Shown here one piece after another: positions 16,545 through 25,830 of a DNA stretch of 64,000 bases; the first letter of the stretch is position 1, and every line of letters begins with the position of its first letter. The stretch is from Armatimonadota bacterium (GTDB taxonomy: Bacteria > Armatimonadota > DTGP01 > JAKQQT01). The position numbers and the translations under genes are program-made. The DNA lies in assembly GCA_036504855.1 (NCBI GenBank), contig DASXUL010000039.1:15582-79581 (forward strand), read 5' to 3'. The notes below the pieces were generated by a model that worked only from the letters and a program-made list of their open reading frames with translations, made no database searches and was not told where the DNA came from.

Positions 16545-16646
16545 CGAAATTGGGCCTCCCTTGCGGCCCATCGCGGGCCTCATCCGTGTATCGTCAAGCG
16601 AACGGCGATAACTGAAGGTCAGTCCGGTCGCAAGGGATTGGCGCAG

Positions 16647-17822
16647 CTAGGCGTAGCGCCCGAAATGCTGGATAGCGCTCATCACGAGGCGCATGCCGGT
16701 GAGGCGGGAACCGTCGTTGATGGAGCCGGCGGTGCAGAAGCGGAGCCCCCTGCGCTCTCGAGCCTGCTCGAAATCCCGCAGGAACTCGCGAACGATGTTC
16801 TCCTCCTCGTTGCGGCTGAACGTGAAGGGGGCGAGCTGCCCCTCTATGATGGCGTTGGGGCAGTGCGCGCGGATCTCCGACACGGTCAGCGTTGGCCCGA
16901 AGTTGACGCTCTTCAGATCCAGCCGTCCGAGCAGAGGAAGCAGGTGGCCCATTGCGGAGTCGGAATGCTGGCCGCGCTGGTGTTCGGGAAGAGGCGCGTA
17001 GACGTCCCACATGCCTTTCAAGATGGGGAAGCCGAAGAACTCATAGGTCTTCGCGTTCAGCAGGCAGCAGTTATCGTCCAGGAAATAGAACCCGCGCGGG
17101 CTCGTTTGCGGGGTGAACCCGGCCTCCTCGTCCAGCGTGCGCGCGATGTCCAGCATACCCCGCAAGATCGCGTCGCGGAATCGGGCGGCCAGTTCCGGGT
17201 TGTCCATGATGAGGAACAGAAGATTCTCAACCCCGAAGAGCGACATCGCGAAGGTGACGGGGCCGCGTTGCGCCCGGTAGAGCGGCGGCGGAACGCCCAG
17301 CGCCGATAGCCGCGCCTTCTCTTCGTCCCAATTCTCGGGCAGGATCGCCGCGCGTATGTTCCGCTCCTCCACGCGGTCCAGCAGCTCCTTCAGTTCGTCC
17401 TCCGTATGGACGTTCTGTTCCAGCCACCACGATTGGTCGCGCCAGAGGTTGCGCGCTTCGAAGACGTCCGCCAGCCCTTTCACGGCAGGCCAGCGGCGCG
17501 ATGGGTCGTCGGGCGCGTCGTTCAGCAGGCGTCGCCCCACGATGCGCTCGGCGCGGTCGTTATAGGCGCGGTTGAGGGAGAGGCGCCATTCGTCGTCGTG
17601 TTCATAGCGCCAGAAGTCCATGGGGATGCCCAGTTCGCTCCAGATCGCGTCGCGGGCCATCCAGATGCCCATGGCGACCTGTGGGATCCGCGGGCCGAAC
17701 GGGTCGGCGTTGGCGATATCCTGGTCCGCCCAGAATCGTTCGAGGTCCACGGGAGCGAGGCCGCCATTGCGGCGCGCCCCCTCAACAAGCCAGCGGGCCT
17801 GGCGTTCGTGCTCGGGTGTCAT
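16647..17822 (-). CDS. Uroporphyrinogen-decarboxylase (URO-D) family protein (MtaA/CmuA-like methyltransferase fold)
   Basis: A start at 17822 has GGAGG 10 nt upstream. The protein is about 390 aa with a URO-D-like TIM-barrel pattern (FxxxxxP...LLxxA, C-terminal NFGP...). It is a paralog of 23016..24074. Confidence 0.65.
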   Translation of the reverse strand: MTPEHERQARWLVEGARRNGGLAPVDLERFWADQDIANADPFGPRIPQVAMGIWMARDAIWSELGIPMDFWRYEHDDEWRLSLNRAYNDRAERIVGRRLLNDAPDDPSRRWPAVKGLADVFEARNLWRDQSWWLEQNVHTEDELKELLDRVEERNIRAAILPENWDEEKARLSALGVPPPLYRAQRGPVTFAMSLFGVENLLFLIMDNPELAARFRDAILRGMLDIARTLDEEAGFTPQTSPRGFYFLDDNCCLLNAKTYEFFGFPILKGMWDVYAPLPEHQRGQHSDSAMGHLLPLLGRLDLKSVNFGPTLTVSEIRAHCPNAIIEGQLAPFTFSRNEEENIVREFLRDFEQARERRGLRFCTAGSINDGSRLTGMRLVMSAIQHFGRYA

Positions 17823-17894
17823 CGGTAGTCTTCCTCCGCTAGACTGTGTACGTTGGAGGCAATCGGCGTTCAACTAACGGGCAGGGAGGCGTGC

Positions 17895-19064
17895 ATGGCG
17901 GCAATGGTCCAGACCGGGCTGGATGTGCTGGCGGCGAGCGGGTTCGAGCGGCTGCGAGGCCTCCGCGTGGCCCTCCTGTGTAATCAGGCCTCTATTGCCG
18001 GCGACTACCGGCACTCCATGGACTTGTTCGCGGACGCCCAGGCGCGCGGCGTTCTCACGGTAGCGGCTGTTTTTGGGCCTCAACACGGCCTGTGGGGTCA
18101 CACGCAGGACAATATGATCGAGTGGGATGGCTTCCGCGACCCCCGCACCAGTTTCCTCGTGCACTCGCTGTACGGAGTGTACCGCCAACCCACTCCCGAG
18201 ATGCTCAAGGGCGTGGAAGCGTTCGTTGTGGATCTCCCGGATGTGGGCGCGCGCCTCTATACGTTCCTCTGGACGATGACGCTCTGCCTCGATGCCTGCG
18301 CCGCCGCCGGCATCCCGGTGATCGTGCTGGACAGGCCGAACCCGCTCTCCGGAGCCCGCGTGGAAGGCCCCGTGCTGAACCCGGAGTTCCAGAGTTTCAT
18401 TGGCCGTCACCCCGTGCCAATACGGCATGGGATGACCATGGCCGAGATGGCGCGCATGTGGAACCCCAGCGTCGAGGCGGTGTGCATGGAGGGCTGGCGC
18501 CGCGGCCAGTACTTCGACGATACGGGGCTCCCATGGGCGCCGCCCTCGCCCAACATGCCGAGCCTGGACACCGCAATCGTCTATCCGGGGCTGTGCCTGA
18601 TTGAAGGCACGAACCTCAGCGAGGGGCGCGGCACGACCCGCCCGTTCGAGACGTTTGGGGCGCCGTTCGTGGATGGTTGGGCACTGTGCGAAGCTCTGAA
18701 TGCGCTCCGCCTCCCTGGCGCCCACTTCCGCCCGACCGTTTTCGAGCCGACCTTCGACAAACACGCCGGTGCCCTGTGCGGCGGGGCATTCCTGCACGTG
18801 ACCGACCGACAAGCCTTCGAACCGGTGTTGACGGGCATCGCCGTGTTGCAGGAAGTGCGACGCGTTGCCGGAGGCGCCTTCTGGTGGAAACCGCCGCCCT
18901 TTGAGTACGAGGCGGAGAAGATGCCCATCGACATCCTGGCCGGCAATTCATGGGTGCGCCGCGCGGTGGATGAGGCCTGGCCGCTATCGAGCATCCGCGA
19001 TCGCCTGCGAACCGAGGCCGCGGCCTTCGCGCCGCAGCGCGAGGCGGCGCTGCTCTACGACTGA
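17895..19064 (+). CDS. namZ: DUF1343 family protein (exo-beta-N-acetylmuramidase NamZ-like)
   Basis: A start at 17895 is preceded by AGGGAGG. Conserved blocks of the YkuR/NamZ family are present: GLRVALLCNQASI, FGPQHGLWG, VVDLPDVGARLYTFLWTM, and AGIPVIVLDRPNPLSGARVEGP. Confidence 0.75.
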   Translation: MAAMVQTGLDVLAASGFERLRGLRVALLCNQASIAGDYRHSMDLFADAQARGVLTVAAVFGPQHGLWGHTQDNMIEWDGFRDPRTSFLVHSLYGVYRQPTPEMLKGVEAFVVDLPDVGARLYTFLWTMTLCLDACAAAGIPVIVLDRPNPLSGARVEGPVLNPEFQSFIGRHPVPIRHGMTMAEMARMWNPSVEAVCMEGWRRGQYFDDTGLPWAPPSPNMPSLDTAIVYPGLCLIEGTNLSEGRGTTRPFETFGAPFVDGWALCEALNALRLPGAHFRPTVFEPTFDKHAGALCGGAFLHVTDRQAFEPVLTGIAVLQEVRRVAGGAFWWKPPPFEYEAEKMPIDILAGNSWVRRAVDEAWPLSSIRDRLRTEAAAFAPQREAALLYD

Positions 19065-19094
19065 TCGCCAACTTCCGCGAACGAGAGGAGCGCC

Positions 19095-19913
19095 ATGCCG
19101 GATTACTCAGAGCACATCGCTGCAAACCGCCGCCTATGGGAGGAGTGGACGCCGATCCACGAAACCTCGGCATTCTACAATGTTGATGCCTTCCGGCAGG
19201 GAAGGGATACGCTTCAGGCCGAGGAGATTGCATCTCTCGGCGACGTGGCCGGCAGATCGCTTCTACATCTGCAATGCCATTTCGGCATGGACACGATGAG
19301 CCTGGCGCGCCGCGGCGCCGTCGCCACCGGCCTCGACTTCTCGCCGAGGTCGATCGACCTGGCCCGCTCACTGGCGCGTGAAACGGGCATCGCCGCCGAC
19401 TTCGTGTGCGCAAACGTCTACGACGCGGTGGAGGCGCTGGAGGGGCAGACCTTCGACATCGTGTTCACCGGCGGCGGCGCGTTGAGCTGGCTGCCGGACC
19501 TGGCGGAATGGGGACGCGTGGCCGGCCGCCTGGTGAAGCCCGGCGGGTTCCTGTATGTGCGGGATGCACACCCCTTCGCCTACATCTTCGAACAGGGCGA
19601 GGGCGAGGTCCAGCCAACCATCACCTACCCCTACTTTCACAGTGATGAGGCGTTGATCTTCCCCAACGCGCGCAGTTACGCCGACCCCTCCGCACCGGTG
19701 TCCGAGGATGAGCACACCTGGTGCTTCAGCCTCTCGGATGTGGTAAACGCCGTCATCGGCGGCGGCCTCCGCCTGGACTGGCTGCGCGAATTCGCCACCT
19801 GCGGCTGGCGCATGTTCCCGTGCATGGAGCAAGACTCCTCCGGCCGCTGGCGATGGCCCGGCCGCGAGCAAAGTCTGCCCTTCACCTTCTCCCTGAAGGC
19901 CACGAAGGCATAA
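19095..19913 (+). CDS. Class I SAM-dependent methyltransferase
   Basis: A Rossmann-type SAM-binding pattern: LLHLQCHFGMDTMSLARRGAVATGLDFS ... DIVFT. Confidence 0.75.
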   Translation: MPDYSEHIAANRRLWEEWTPIHETSAFYNVDAFRQGRDTLQAEEIASLGDVAGRSLLHLQCHFGMDTMSLARRGAVATGLDFSPRSIDLARSLARETGIAADFVCANVYDAVEALEGQTFDIVFTGGGALSWLPDLAEWGRVAGRLVKPGGFLYVRDAHPFAYIFEQGEGEVQPTITYPYFHSDEALIFPNARSYADPSAPVSEDEHTWCFSLSDVVNAVIGGGLRLDWLREFATCGWRMFPCMEQDSSGRWRWPGREQSLPFTFSLKATKA

Positions 19914-19923
19914 CCACACTCAC

Positions 19924-19988
19924 CACAAAGGCACAAAGGCGCGAAGACCGGATCTTGTTTCGGTCTTCGCGCCTTTGCGCCTTTGTGG
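19924..19988. terminator. Bidirectional terminator hairpin between convergent genes
   Basis: cacaaaggcgcgaagaccg / gatcttgtt / cggtcttcgcgcctttgtg form a perfect stem of at least 17 bp. Confidence 0.65.
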
Positions 19989-20001
19989 TAAGTTCGCCGA
20001 G

Positions 20002-20760
20002 TTACCGCTTCAGCTTCGCGATGCGGTCTTTGGTCTTCTGGATACGGGTAGACGTCATCGGGTGGTCGCGAAGGAAGGCCGGCATGCTGCCGCCGGAGCC
20101 TCCGGCCTGCTGAAGGATGGCGAACAGGTCCAGCATCCCTTGGGGGTTGTAGCCGGCCCGGAACATATTGTTCAAACCGGCCTCATCGGCCTGGTCCTCA
20201 TCCTTGCGGCTGTACCGCAGGTCCGCGACGTTGTTCGCCAGGCCGGCCACGTCGTACCAGCCCTTGCTGGCCTTGCTGAAGCCGAGCACGGCCGCCAGCC
20301 CAAGGCTGCGCTTCTGACTCTCCGCTTCCATGCGCGCCCAGTGTTGTTTGTAGACGTGGGCCATTTCATGGCCCATCACGGCGGCCAGTTCATCGTCGGT
20401 CCGGATGCGATCCAGCAGGCCCGTGTAGATGTACATGTTGCCGCCCGGGATGGCGAACGCGTTCACGTCTTTGCTTTCGATAACGTGGAAGCGGAAGTTC
20501 CAGCGCGTGCGGTCTGTGTTGGATAGCGATGCAACCAGCTTTCCGCCCACCCGCTGAACGCGGTCCAGCTTTGGACCGGCGATGATCTTGTTCTTCTTCT
20601 CGATATCCTTCGCGGCCGCGTCGCCGACCTTCTGCTGGTCTGACACGCTGGGCATGAACATATTGAAGGCGCGCGCGGGGCGCGCTCCGCCCAGAGCCGC
20701 CAGCGCCAGGGCGCCGGCGAGGGCGGCGTGCCGGATCTTATTGGCATACATGATGGTCAT
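20002..20760 (-). CDS. M48-family Zn metalloprotease (secreted or lipoprotein)
   Basis: A start at 20760 has AAGGAG 5 nt upstream. A signal peptide is followed by NAFAIPGGNMYIYTGLLDRIRTDDELAAVMGHEMAHV, the canonical M48 block that includes HEMAH. Confidence 0.8.
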   Translation of the reverse strand: MTIMYANKIRHAALAGALALAALGGARPARAFNMFMPSVSDQQKVGDAAAKDIEKKNKIIAGPKLDRVQRVGGKLVASLSNTDRTRWNFRFHVIESKDVNAFAIPGGNMYIYTGLLDRIRTDDELAAVMGHEMAHVYKQHWARMEAESQKRSLGLAAVLGFSKASKGWYDVAGLANNVADLRYSRKDEDQADEAGLNNMFRAGYNPQGMLDLFAILQQAGGSGGSMPAFLRDHPMTSTRIQKTKDRIAKLKR

Positions 20761-20922
20761 CGTCTCCTTTGTCTCATCCCTACCCGTTTGGTGACGAATG
20801 GCAACCTGCTGAGGTTCATGCATAGCGGGGCGCGCGGGAAACCGAGGGGCTGAGACGGCGAAACCGCCCCAGCCCCGCCTGGGGGCCGGAGCGGCGCGCG
20901 AGAGGCGGTTGGGCGGCAGAAC

Positions 20923-21393
20923 CTACCAGAGCAGGTCGGTGTAGATGCCCCTGCCGGCATTCTCGATTACGGTAGCGTTGACGGCCTTGGCGTAGAAGCC
21001 GACGGGGCCGGCGCCGCCGATGACGCCGTAGGCGTAGCCCATGTCGCGGAGGCCCTCCAGCGATGCAATCAGCAGGGCCTTGCCGATGTTGCGGCCACGG
21101 TGATCCGGCGCAACTCCCGTGGGCCCGAAATAGTCGCGGCGGGTGCACTCGTATGAGGCGAACCCAACGATCTGCTTGTTCTCCACGGCGATCAGCGTGG
21201 TAACAGGCTTGTTGTACAGGCCGGCAACCGCCTCATCGGCCCAAGCCGCCGAGAAGTGTTTCTCGATGAACTGGCGCAGCGGCGTCTGCTCAAAGGTGTG
21301 GGCGGCACGGATGACAACGCCGTTCTCCTTCAGTTCCTTCACCAGTGGGGCACTGGGCGGCAACTGCAGAAGCGGCACGAGCATATCAGGCAT
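20923..21393 (-). CDS. GNAT family N-acetyltransferase
   Basis: The acetyl-CoA binding motif RGRNIGKALLIASLEGLRDMGY is present, and the protein is 156 aa. Confidence 0.75.
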   Translation of the reverse strand: MPDMLVPLLQLPPSAPLVKELKENGVVIRAAHTFEQTPLRQFIEKHFSAAWADEAVAGLYNKPVTTLIAVENKQIVGFASYECTRRDYFGPTGVAPDHRGRNIGKALLIASLEGLRDMGYAYGVIGGAGPVGFYAKAVNATVIENAGRGIYTDLLW

Positions 21394-21730
21394 GTTCAGT
21401 CTCCTCGCCGGGCTCCGGATCCGAGACAGGAAGGCCGGCCGGATGCGCCTGCCGTTGTCGGAGGCGCTCCGTCAACCGTTCCTCGACCCAGGTGGTCCAG
21501 GCGGCGAAATCGTGGGGGGACAGTGAGTCCAGAGTGTCCTGCAGCTCGCGCAGCGCGTCGTTTGCGTCCTTCATCCGGTGGAGCAGGTGGTCGCCCAAAC
21601 GCGAAAAGCCCCTTACGTTGCGGGGCTCCAAGCGGGCGGCCTCATTCCCACCCAACCTATCGGCAAAACGCCAAGGCCGGTGAACGCGCAAGCCACAACG
21701 ATTCTGGAGCAAGCGGGGCGGCGGATGCAA
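21386..21730 (-). CDS. Hypothetical small protein. The true start is uncertain, and it overlaps the GNAT start by 8 nt
   Basis: It is an ORF only. A possible shorter form starts at MKDANDALRELQ. There are no recognisable motifs. Confidence 0.3.
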   Translation of the reverse strand: MHPPPRLLQNRCGLRVHRPWRFADRLGGNEAARLEPRNVRGFSRLGDHLLHRMKDANDALRELQDTLDSLSPHDFAAWTTWVEERLTERLRQRQAHPAGLPVSDPEPGEETEHA

Positions 21731-21751
21731 GAGACATGGGCGGACGGGGTC

Positions 21752-22915
21752 TCACCTTTTGGGAATCGTCAGCAGATCCCACAGCGCCGAGCCCGGCTCC
21801 AGGCCGCTGATGCGCCGAAGAACGGCGCCGGGTCCGCCTTCGCGGCGCAGGTTCGCAATCTCCATCGACGCGGCGTCGCTTGCGTCCTCATATTCAATCG
21901 CTGCCCGGATGGCCCGGCACACGTTCACGGGCTCAACGCCCTGCCCCATGCACATGCGGGCGGCCCCAATGAGGCGGTCATTTGGGCCGAGCTTGCGGAT
22001 GGGGTCTCGGGCCACGCGCGCCACCTGGTCGCCCAGGGCCTTGTTGTGGAACCGGCGCAGCAGGTCATCCGCGTGGCGATGCAGGTCGCGCAGGTCCAGA
22101 CCATGCCTTCGCGAGAGGCCGAGGCACGTCTCCGCCATCGCGCCGCGCACCACCGGCAGCACGGCGGGGTCCTCTACCGCCTGCCAGATATACGCGTGGC
22201 CGCGGGCGCGGCCCAGGTAGGCCGCGGCGGCGTGCCCGAGGTTATGGACAAAGAGCTTGCGTTCCACGTAGGCGCCGAAATCCGCCTTCGGCTGGAGGTG
22301 CACGATGCTCGGGATAGGCCCCCGGAAACCGGAGGCATCTACCGGAAGCTCGCAGTAGGCCTCCACCTCCACAAGCAGCGGATCCTCGGCGCGGACGGCA
22401 GGGGACATCACCGGGACCATCCGCCCAATGCTGGCCTCCACGAACCCGACCTTCGCGTCCAGGTCCGCATGGAAGCGAGAGTCGAGGCTGCGGCGGACGA
22501 CCTCGCGCATGAACGGCCCGGCGCCAATCATGTTCTCGCAAACGATGACGTCCAGAGGCCGGGCGTCTATACGCTCAAACCGTTGGGCGAGGCCGGCGGC
22601 CAGCGAGGCGCCGATGCGGTCCATCACGGAAACGCCAACCGCGGTGGCGGCGATATCGGCCTCTGCCAGCGCTTCCGAAACGGCCACGAGATTCGATCCG
22701 TGAATCGCCGAGACGTTCCCTATGGCGAGCGTTGTCGTTTGCTCATCCACGATGCGCAACGGGTATTCCCCGCGCGCGTTCAGGGCATCCACAAGCGTCT
22801 GGTCAACGTCGATGAACGTCGTGTGGTAACCCGACTCATAGTAGAGTTGCCCCAGGAATCCCCGGCCGATGTTTCCGGCGCCGAATTGGACCGCGCGCTT
22901 CACAGGGTTTGGCAT
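21752..22915 (-). CDS. Mannitol-1-phosphate 5-dehydrogenase / mannitol dehydrogenase family protein
   Basis: The N-terminus KRAVQFGAGNIGRGFLGQL is the MtlD-type NAD-binding signature, followed by a helical C-terminal domain. Confidence 0.8.
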   Translation of the reverse strand: MPNPVKRAVQFGAGNIGRGFLGQLYYESGYHTTFIDVDQTLVDALNARGEYPLRIVDEQTTTLAIGNVSAIHGSNLVAVSEALAEADIAATAVGVSVMDRIGASLAAGLAQRFERIDARPLDVIVCENMIGAGPFMREVVRRSLDSRFHADLDAKVGFVEASIGRMVPVMSPAVRAEDPLLVEVEAYCELPVDASGFRGPIPSIVHLQPKADFGAYVERKLFVHNLGHAAAAYLGRARGHAYIWQAVEDPAVLPVVRGAMAETCLGLSRRHGLDLRDLHRHADDLLRRFHNKALGDQVARVARDPIRKLGPNDRLIGAARMCMGQGVEPVNVCRAIRAAIEYEDASDAASMEIANLRREGGPGAVLRRISGLEPGSALWDLLTIPKR

Positions 22916-23015
22916 ATTGAAACCGCCCAGTTACGGGCGCCGACAGCGAGTTCGTTCAGTGCTTGTGAGATAAGCAGGGGGCCAGACGTTACCCGCGTCA
23001 GCGGCCGTGGCGGGT

Positions 23016-24074
23016 TCAATAGCGTCCCAGTTCCTTCACAAGGCGGATAATCCGCTGGAAATCGGGGAAGCTCACGCTGTCCGGCACCGAATGGTCCGTG
23101 GAGAAGATGTAGCCGCCGGAACGCTTGAGTTCCGGGAGCACGCGCCGGATCTCGGCTTCCAGGGCATCCACGTCGGTCCATAGCACGGCATTGATGCCGC
23201 CGTGCAACAAGAGGCGGTCGCCATACTCGGCTTTCAGGGCCACTGGGTCCACGCCGGCCTTCACTTCCAGCGGGTTCAGCGCATCCAGCCCGAGGCCCAG
23301 AAGTTCGGGCACGAAGGGGCGGATGTCGCCGCAGGAGTGCATATGTGCAGGGATGCCTTTGGCGTGCGCCCATTCGATGGCGCGCTGATGCACCGGTCTG
23401 AGGATGCGTCGATAGGTGGCCACGCTGAAGAACTGGCTACGCTTATAGCCCATGTCATCCGGCCAGAAGATGCTGTCAAATGTGTAGCCGGCGTCCCACA
23501 CCTGGTCCATGAGGGCGAGGTCCACATCGAGGAAGGCGTTGAAGATGTCCTGGCACCATTCGGGGTCCTCGATGAGCGCGATCAGCGTGCGCTCCGTGCC
23601 CATCGTGTAAGAGTGGGTCACATCGAACCCGAACCACAGGTTGCCCTGAATCCAGCGCCCTTCCTCTCGCCACCTCGGGTAGTTGGCGGCGAGGTAGTCC
23701 CAGTTCACCCGGTCGGAGGTAGGCGTCATCCGGGCCTTGGCGGCCGCCCACGTATCGCGGTCTTTGATGGTGAAGTCGAGGAACTCCGGCACGCCGCCCG
23801 CGTGTCGCCAGTCCTTCAGGGTAGCGCCCCACTGGGTGGTGTGGACCCGATACGCGTCGGTTTCTTCGAGCACGCTCACGGGGTAGCGCGGGCTGTTGTC
23901 TACGTCGATGCCCGCCACGCGGTCCAGGTCCAGGTAATCGGCCCAATCGACGCCGGCGGGGAGGCCCTCGCGCTGCCATCGCTCCAGAGTGGCGCCCCAG
24001 GGCGAGTCTATGATGGGCACGCGGTCCGCCTCCTGATGGGCGAACATCCGACGGAAACGTTCGTGTGTTGTCAT
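23016..24074 (-). CDS. Uroporphyrinogen-decarboxylase (URO-D) family protein, second paralog
   Basis: A start at MTTHERF (24074). It has the same fold pattern as 16647..17822 (ADRVPI, FWPDDMGYK, LHGGINAVL). Its start lies 10 nt after the stop of the upstream ADH. Confidence 0.7.
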   Translation of the reverse strand: MTTHERFRRMFAHQEADRVPIIDSPWGATLERWQREGLPAGVDWADYLDLDRVAGIDVDNSPRYPVSVLEETDAYRVHTTQWGATLKDWRHAGGVPEFLDFTIKDRDTWAAAKARMTPTSDRVNWDYLAANYPRWREEGRWIQGNLWFGFDVTHSYTMGTERTLIALIEDPEWCQDIFNAFLDVDLALMDQVWDAGYTFDSIFWPDDMGYKRSQFFSVATYRRILRPVHQRAIEWAHAKGIPAHMHSCGDIRPFVPELLGLGLDALNPLEVKAGVDPVALKAEYGDRLLLHGGINAVLWTDVDALEAEIRRVLPELKRSGGYIFSTDHSVPDSVSFPDFQRIIRLVKELGRY

Positions 24075-24084
24075 GGATTCGTCA

Positions 24085-25683
24085 TCAGCGCGCGACGCGC
24101 AGCAGTTCATCCTCGGCCTCGCGAGTCCAGCGGCCGTCCTTCAAGAGGGCGGCGACAGATGGATACTTGTCGGGCAAGTGGGACAGGGGAGTGAGCGGCA
24201 GATCGTGAAGCGTCGGATAGACGATGATCTTGCCCGCCAGGGTGCGGTTCTCCACGGCGCTCAACCCTTCCGTGGCGCCGGCCATGCCGCACACCGCGTC
24301 CACCGAGGCTTCGGTCTGGAGGCGTCCCTGGGTCACTTTGCCCAGCACGATGCGCATGTGGTCGGTCTCGGAGCCGGAGGTGCCGAAGAGGAAGACGCGC
24401 TTTTCGATCAGGGCGTCGAGATCAACCTCGTGCTTCACAGGGGCTGGGATGCCGGCGAAGATGTTGATGATGGCGCCCTCGGCGCACTTCTCCACGGCCT
24501 CGGCCGCCAGCGGGGCCAGCGGGGCCATCAGCGCGTAGTACGTGAAGCCGGGATCCAACGGCATGCGCGCCGTGTTCTGCGTCCGGTAGGGGACGCCCGA
24601 ACCTTCCGCCATCGGTCGCGCTTTGCTCGTCAGAGCGCCCAAGCGCGCGTCGTCCATGTCGGCGGCAACCAGCGATATGCCGGGCAGGCCGGAGGTGACA
24701 TCGCGGATCACATGCATCTGACCCATCGGGCCGCCCGCTCCGATTATGACAATGCGGTCGTTCGGTCGAACCTCGCCGGTGGCCGGGATTGTACCGTAAG
24801 AGGCCATCGGATCGCCGCTGGCTGTGCCGATCCAACGCGTTGGGCCGTAGTGGATGCGTCCGAAACCGATGTTGACCTTCCGGCCGATGCGGCGGCCGCC
24901 CAGCACGATGTTGATGATGCCGTGGGCGGCCAGCTTATCGTTCAGCGCCTCGATGACGTCCGCCTCCGCGCCGAAGTACACGATGTCGTCAAACGCCTCA
25001 TCGGGCAGCTTGCGGATATCGAAGGGATGCGTTACGGGCGCGCCCAGCGAGCGGGCGGCGGCGGTTTCCGTTTCGGATACGACCAGCAGGCGCCCGCCGG
25101 AGAGCAGACCCTGGCGCTCGCGCGTTACGTACGAGCATTCCACGCAGGCCCAGGGTTCCACCAACGCCACGGCGGCGCTGCCAAGATCGTCGGCCACGGG
25201 GATCGTGTATCGCGGGTTTCCAGCTTCGTCGGCCATGATGCGCTCATCCAGGAGCACGAATTCCTGTAGCGCTCCCTCGAAGTTGTAGCCGAAGGCGCCG
25301 TTGGAGCCATGAGTGGGCAGGGCGCGGTAGTCCGCCTGCACGATGAAGCGGTCGCCCACGCGATAGTGCTGAACATCCCCGCCGATGGCCGCAACGCGGC
25401 ACACCACTTCGTGCCCGGGCACGGTGGGCTCGGCGCCCGGAACGTAGGACGGGAGCGCGGCGAGGATGTCCGGCGCGATGCCGCCGGTAACCTCGCCCTT
25501 GCGGACGTGCTGCTCGAACTGCTTCAGGAGTTTGAGGTCCGAGAAGCAGAGCCCCACCGCCTCGACGCAAGCCAGGATCTGTCGCCCCACTGGCCGGAAT
25601 ACCTCCTTGGCCGTGTTGAGGGTCAGTTTCCCCGGCCCCACAAGTTGGACGGCATATTGCGTTTCTGGCAGGCTCTCTTGCAT
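24085..25683 (-). CDS. Zn-dependent alcohol dehydrogenase (MDR) family protein with an atypical second Rossmann domain (532 aa)
   Basis: The N-terminus has GHEVVCRVAAIGGDV and a structural-Zn region. A second nucleotide-binding block RIVIIGAGGPMGQMHV appears at about residue 300. Confidence 0.7.
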   Translation of the reverse strand: MQESLPETQYAVQLVGPGKLTLNTAKEVFRPVGRQILACVEAVGLCFSDLKLLKQFEQHVRKGEVTGGIAPDILAALPSYVPGAEPTVPGHEVVCRVAAIGGDVQHYRVGDRFIVQADYRALPTHGSNGAFGYNFEGALQEFVLLDERIMADEAGNPRYTIPVADDLGSAAVALVEPWACVECSYVTRERQGLLSGGRLLVVSETETAAARSLGAPVTHPFDIRKLPDEAFDDIVYFGAEADVIEALNDKLAAHGIINIVLGGRRIGRKVNIGFGRIHYGPTRWIGTASGDPMASYGTIPATGEVRPNDRIVIIGAGGPMGQMHVIRDVTSGLPGISLVAADMDDARLGALTSKARPMAEGSGVPYRTQNTARMPLDPGFTYYALMAPLAPLAAEAVEKCAEGAIINIFAGIPAPVKHEVDLDALIEKRVFLFGTSGSETDHMRIVLGKVTQGRLQTEASVDAVCGMAGATEGLSAVENRTLAGKIIVYPTLHDLPLTPLSHLPDKYPSVAALLKDGRWTREAEDELLRVAR

Positions 25684-25830
25684 ATCACGCTCCTTTGGCG
25701 GGCCAAGGTAAGGGCGGGGCCATTCCGCTCAACACGCCGACATGGAGCGCGGCGGCTTGCCCCCGCTTTCGCTCGGTCCACCCCCGCCCAAAGCGGCGGC
25801 AAGCCGCCGCATTCCATATCGGTTGCCGCG

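Noticed and set aside
16600-16630. A short CTGAAGGTCAGTCCGGTCGC resembling the centre of the 7-mer palindromes
   Set aside because: It is too short and lacks flanking tandem arrays. It is at most a degenerate remnant, so it is not called as a copy.
20851-20885. A possible terminator hairpin downstream of the GNAT gene (GGGGCTG...CAGCCCC)
   Set aside because: The stem is imperfect (several mismatches) and there is no clear U-tract, which is too weak to call.
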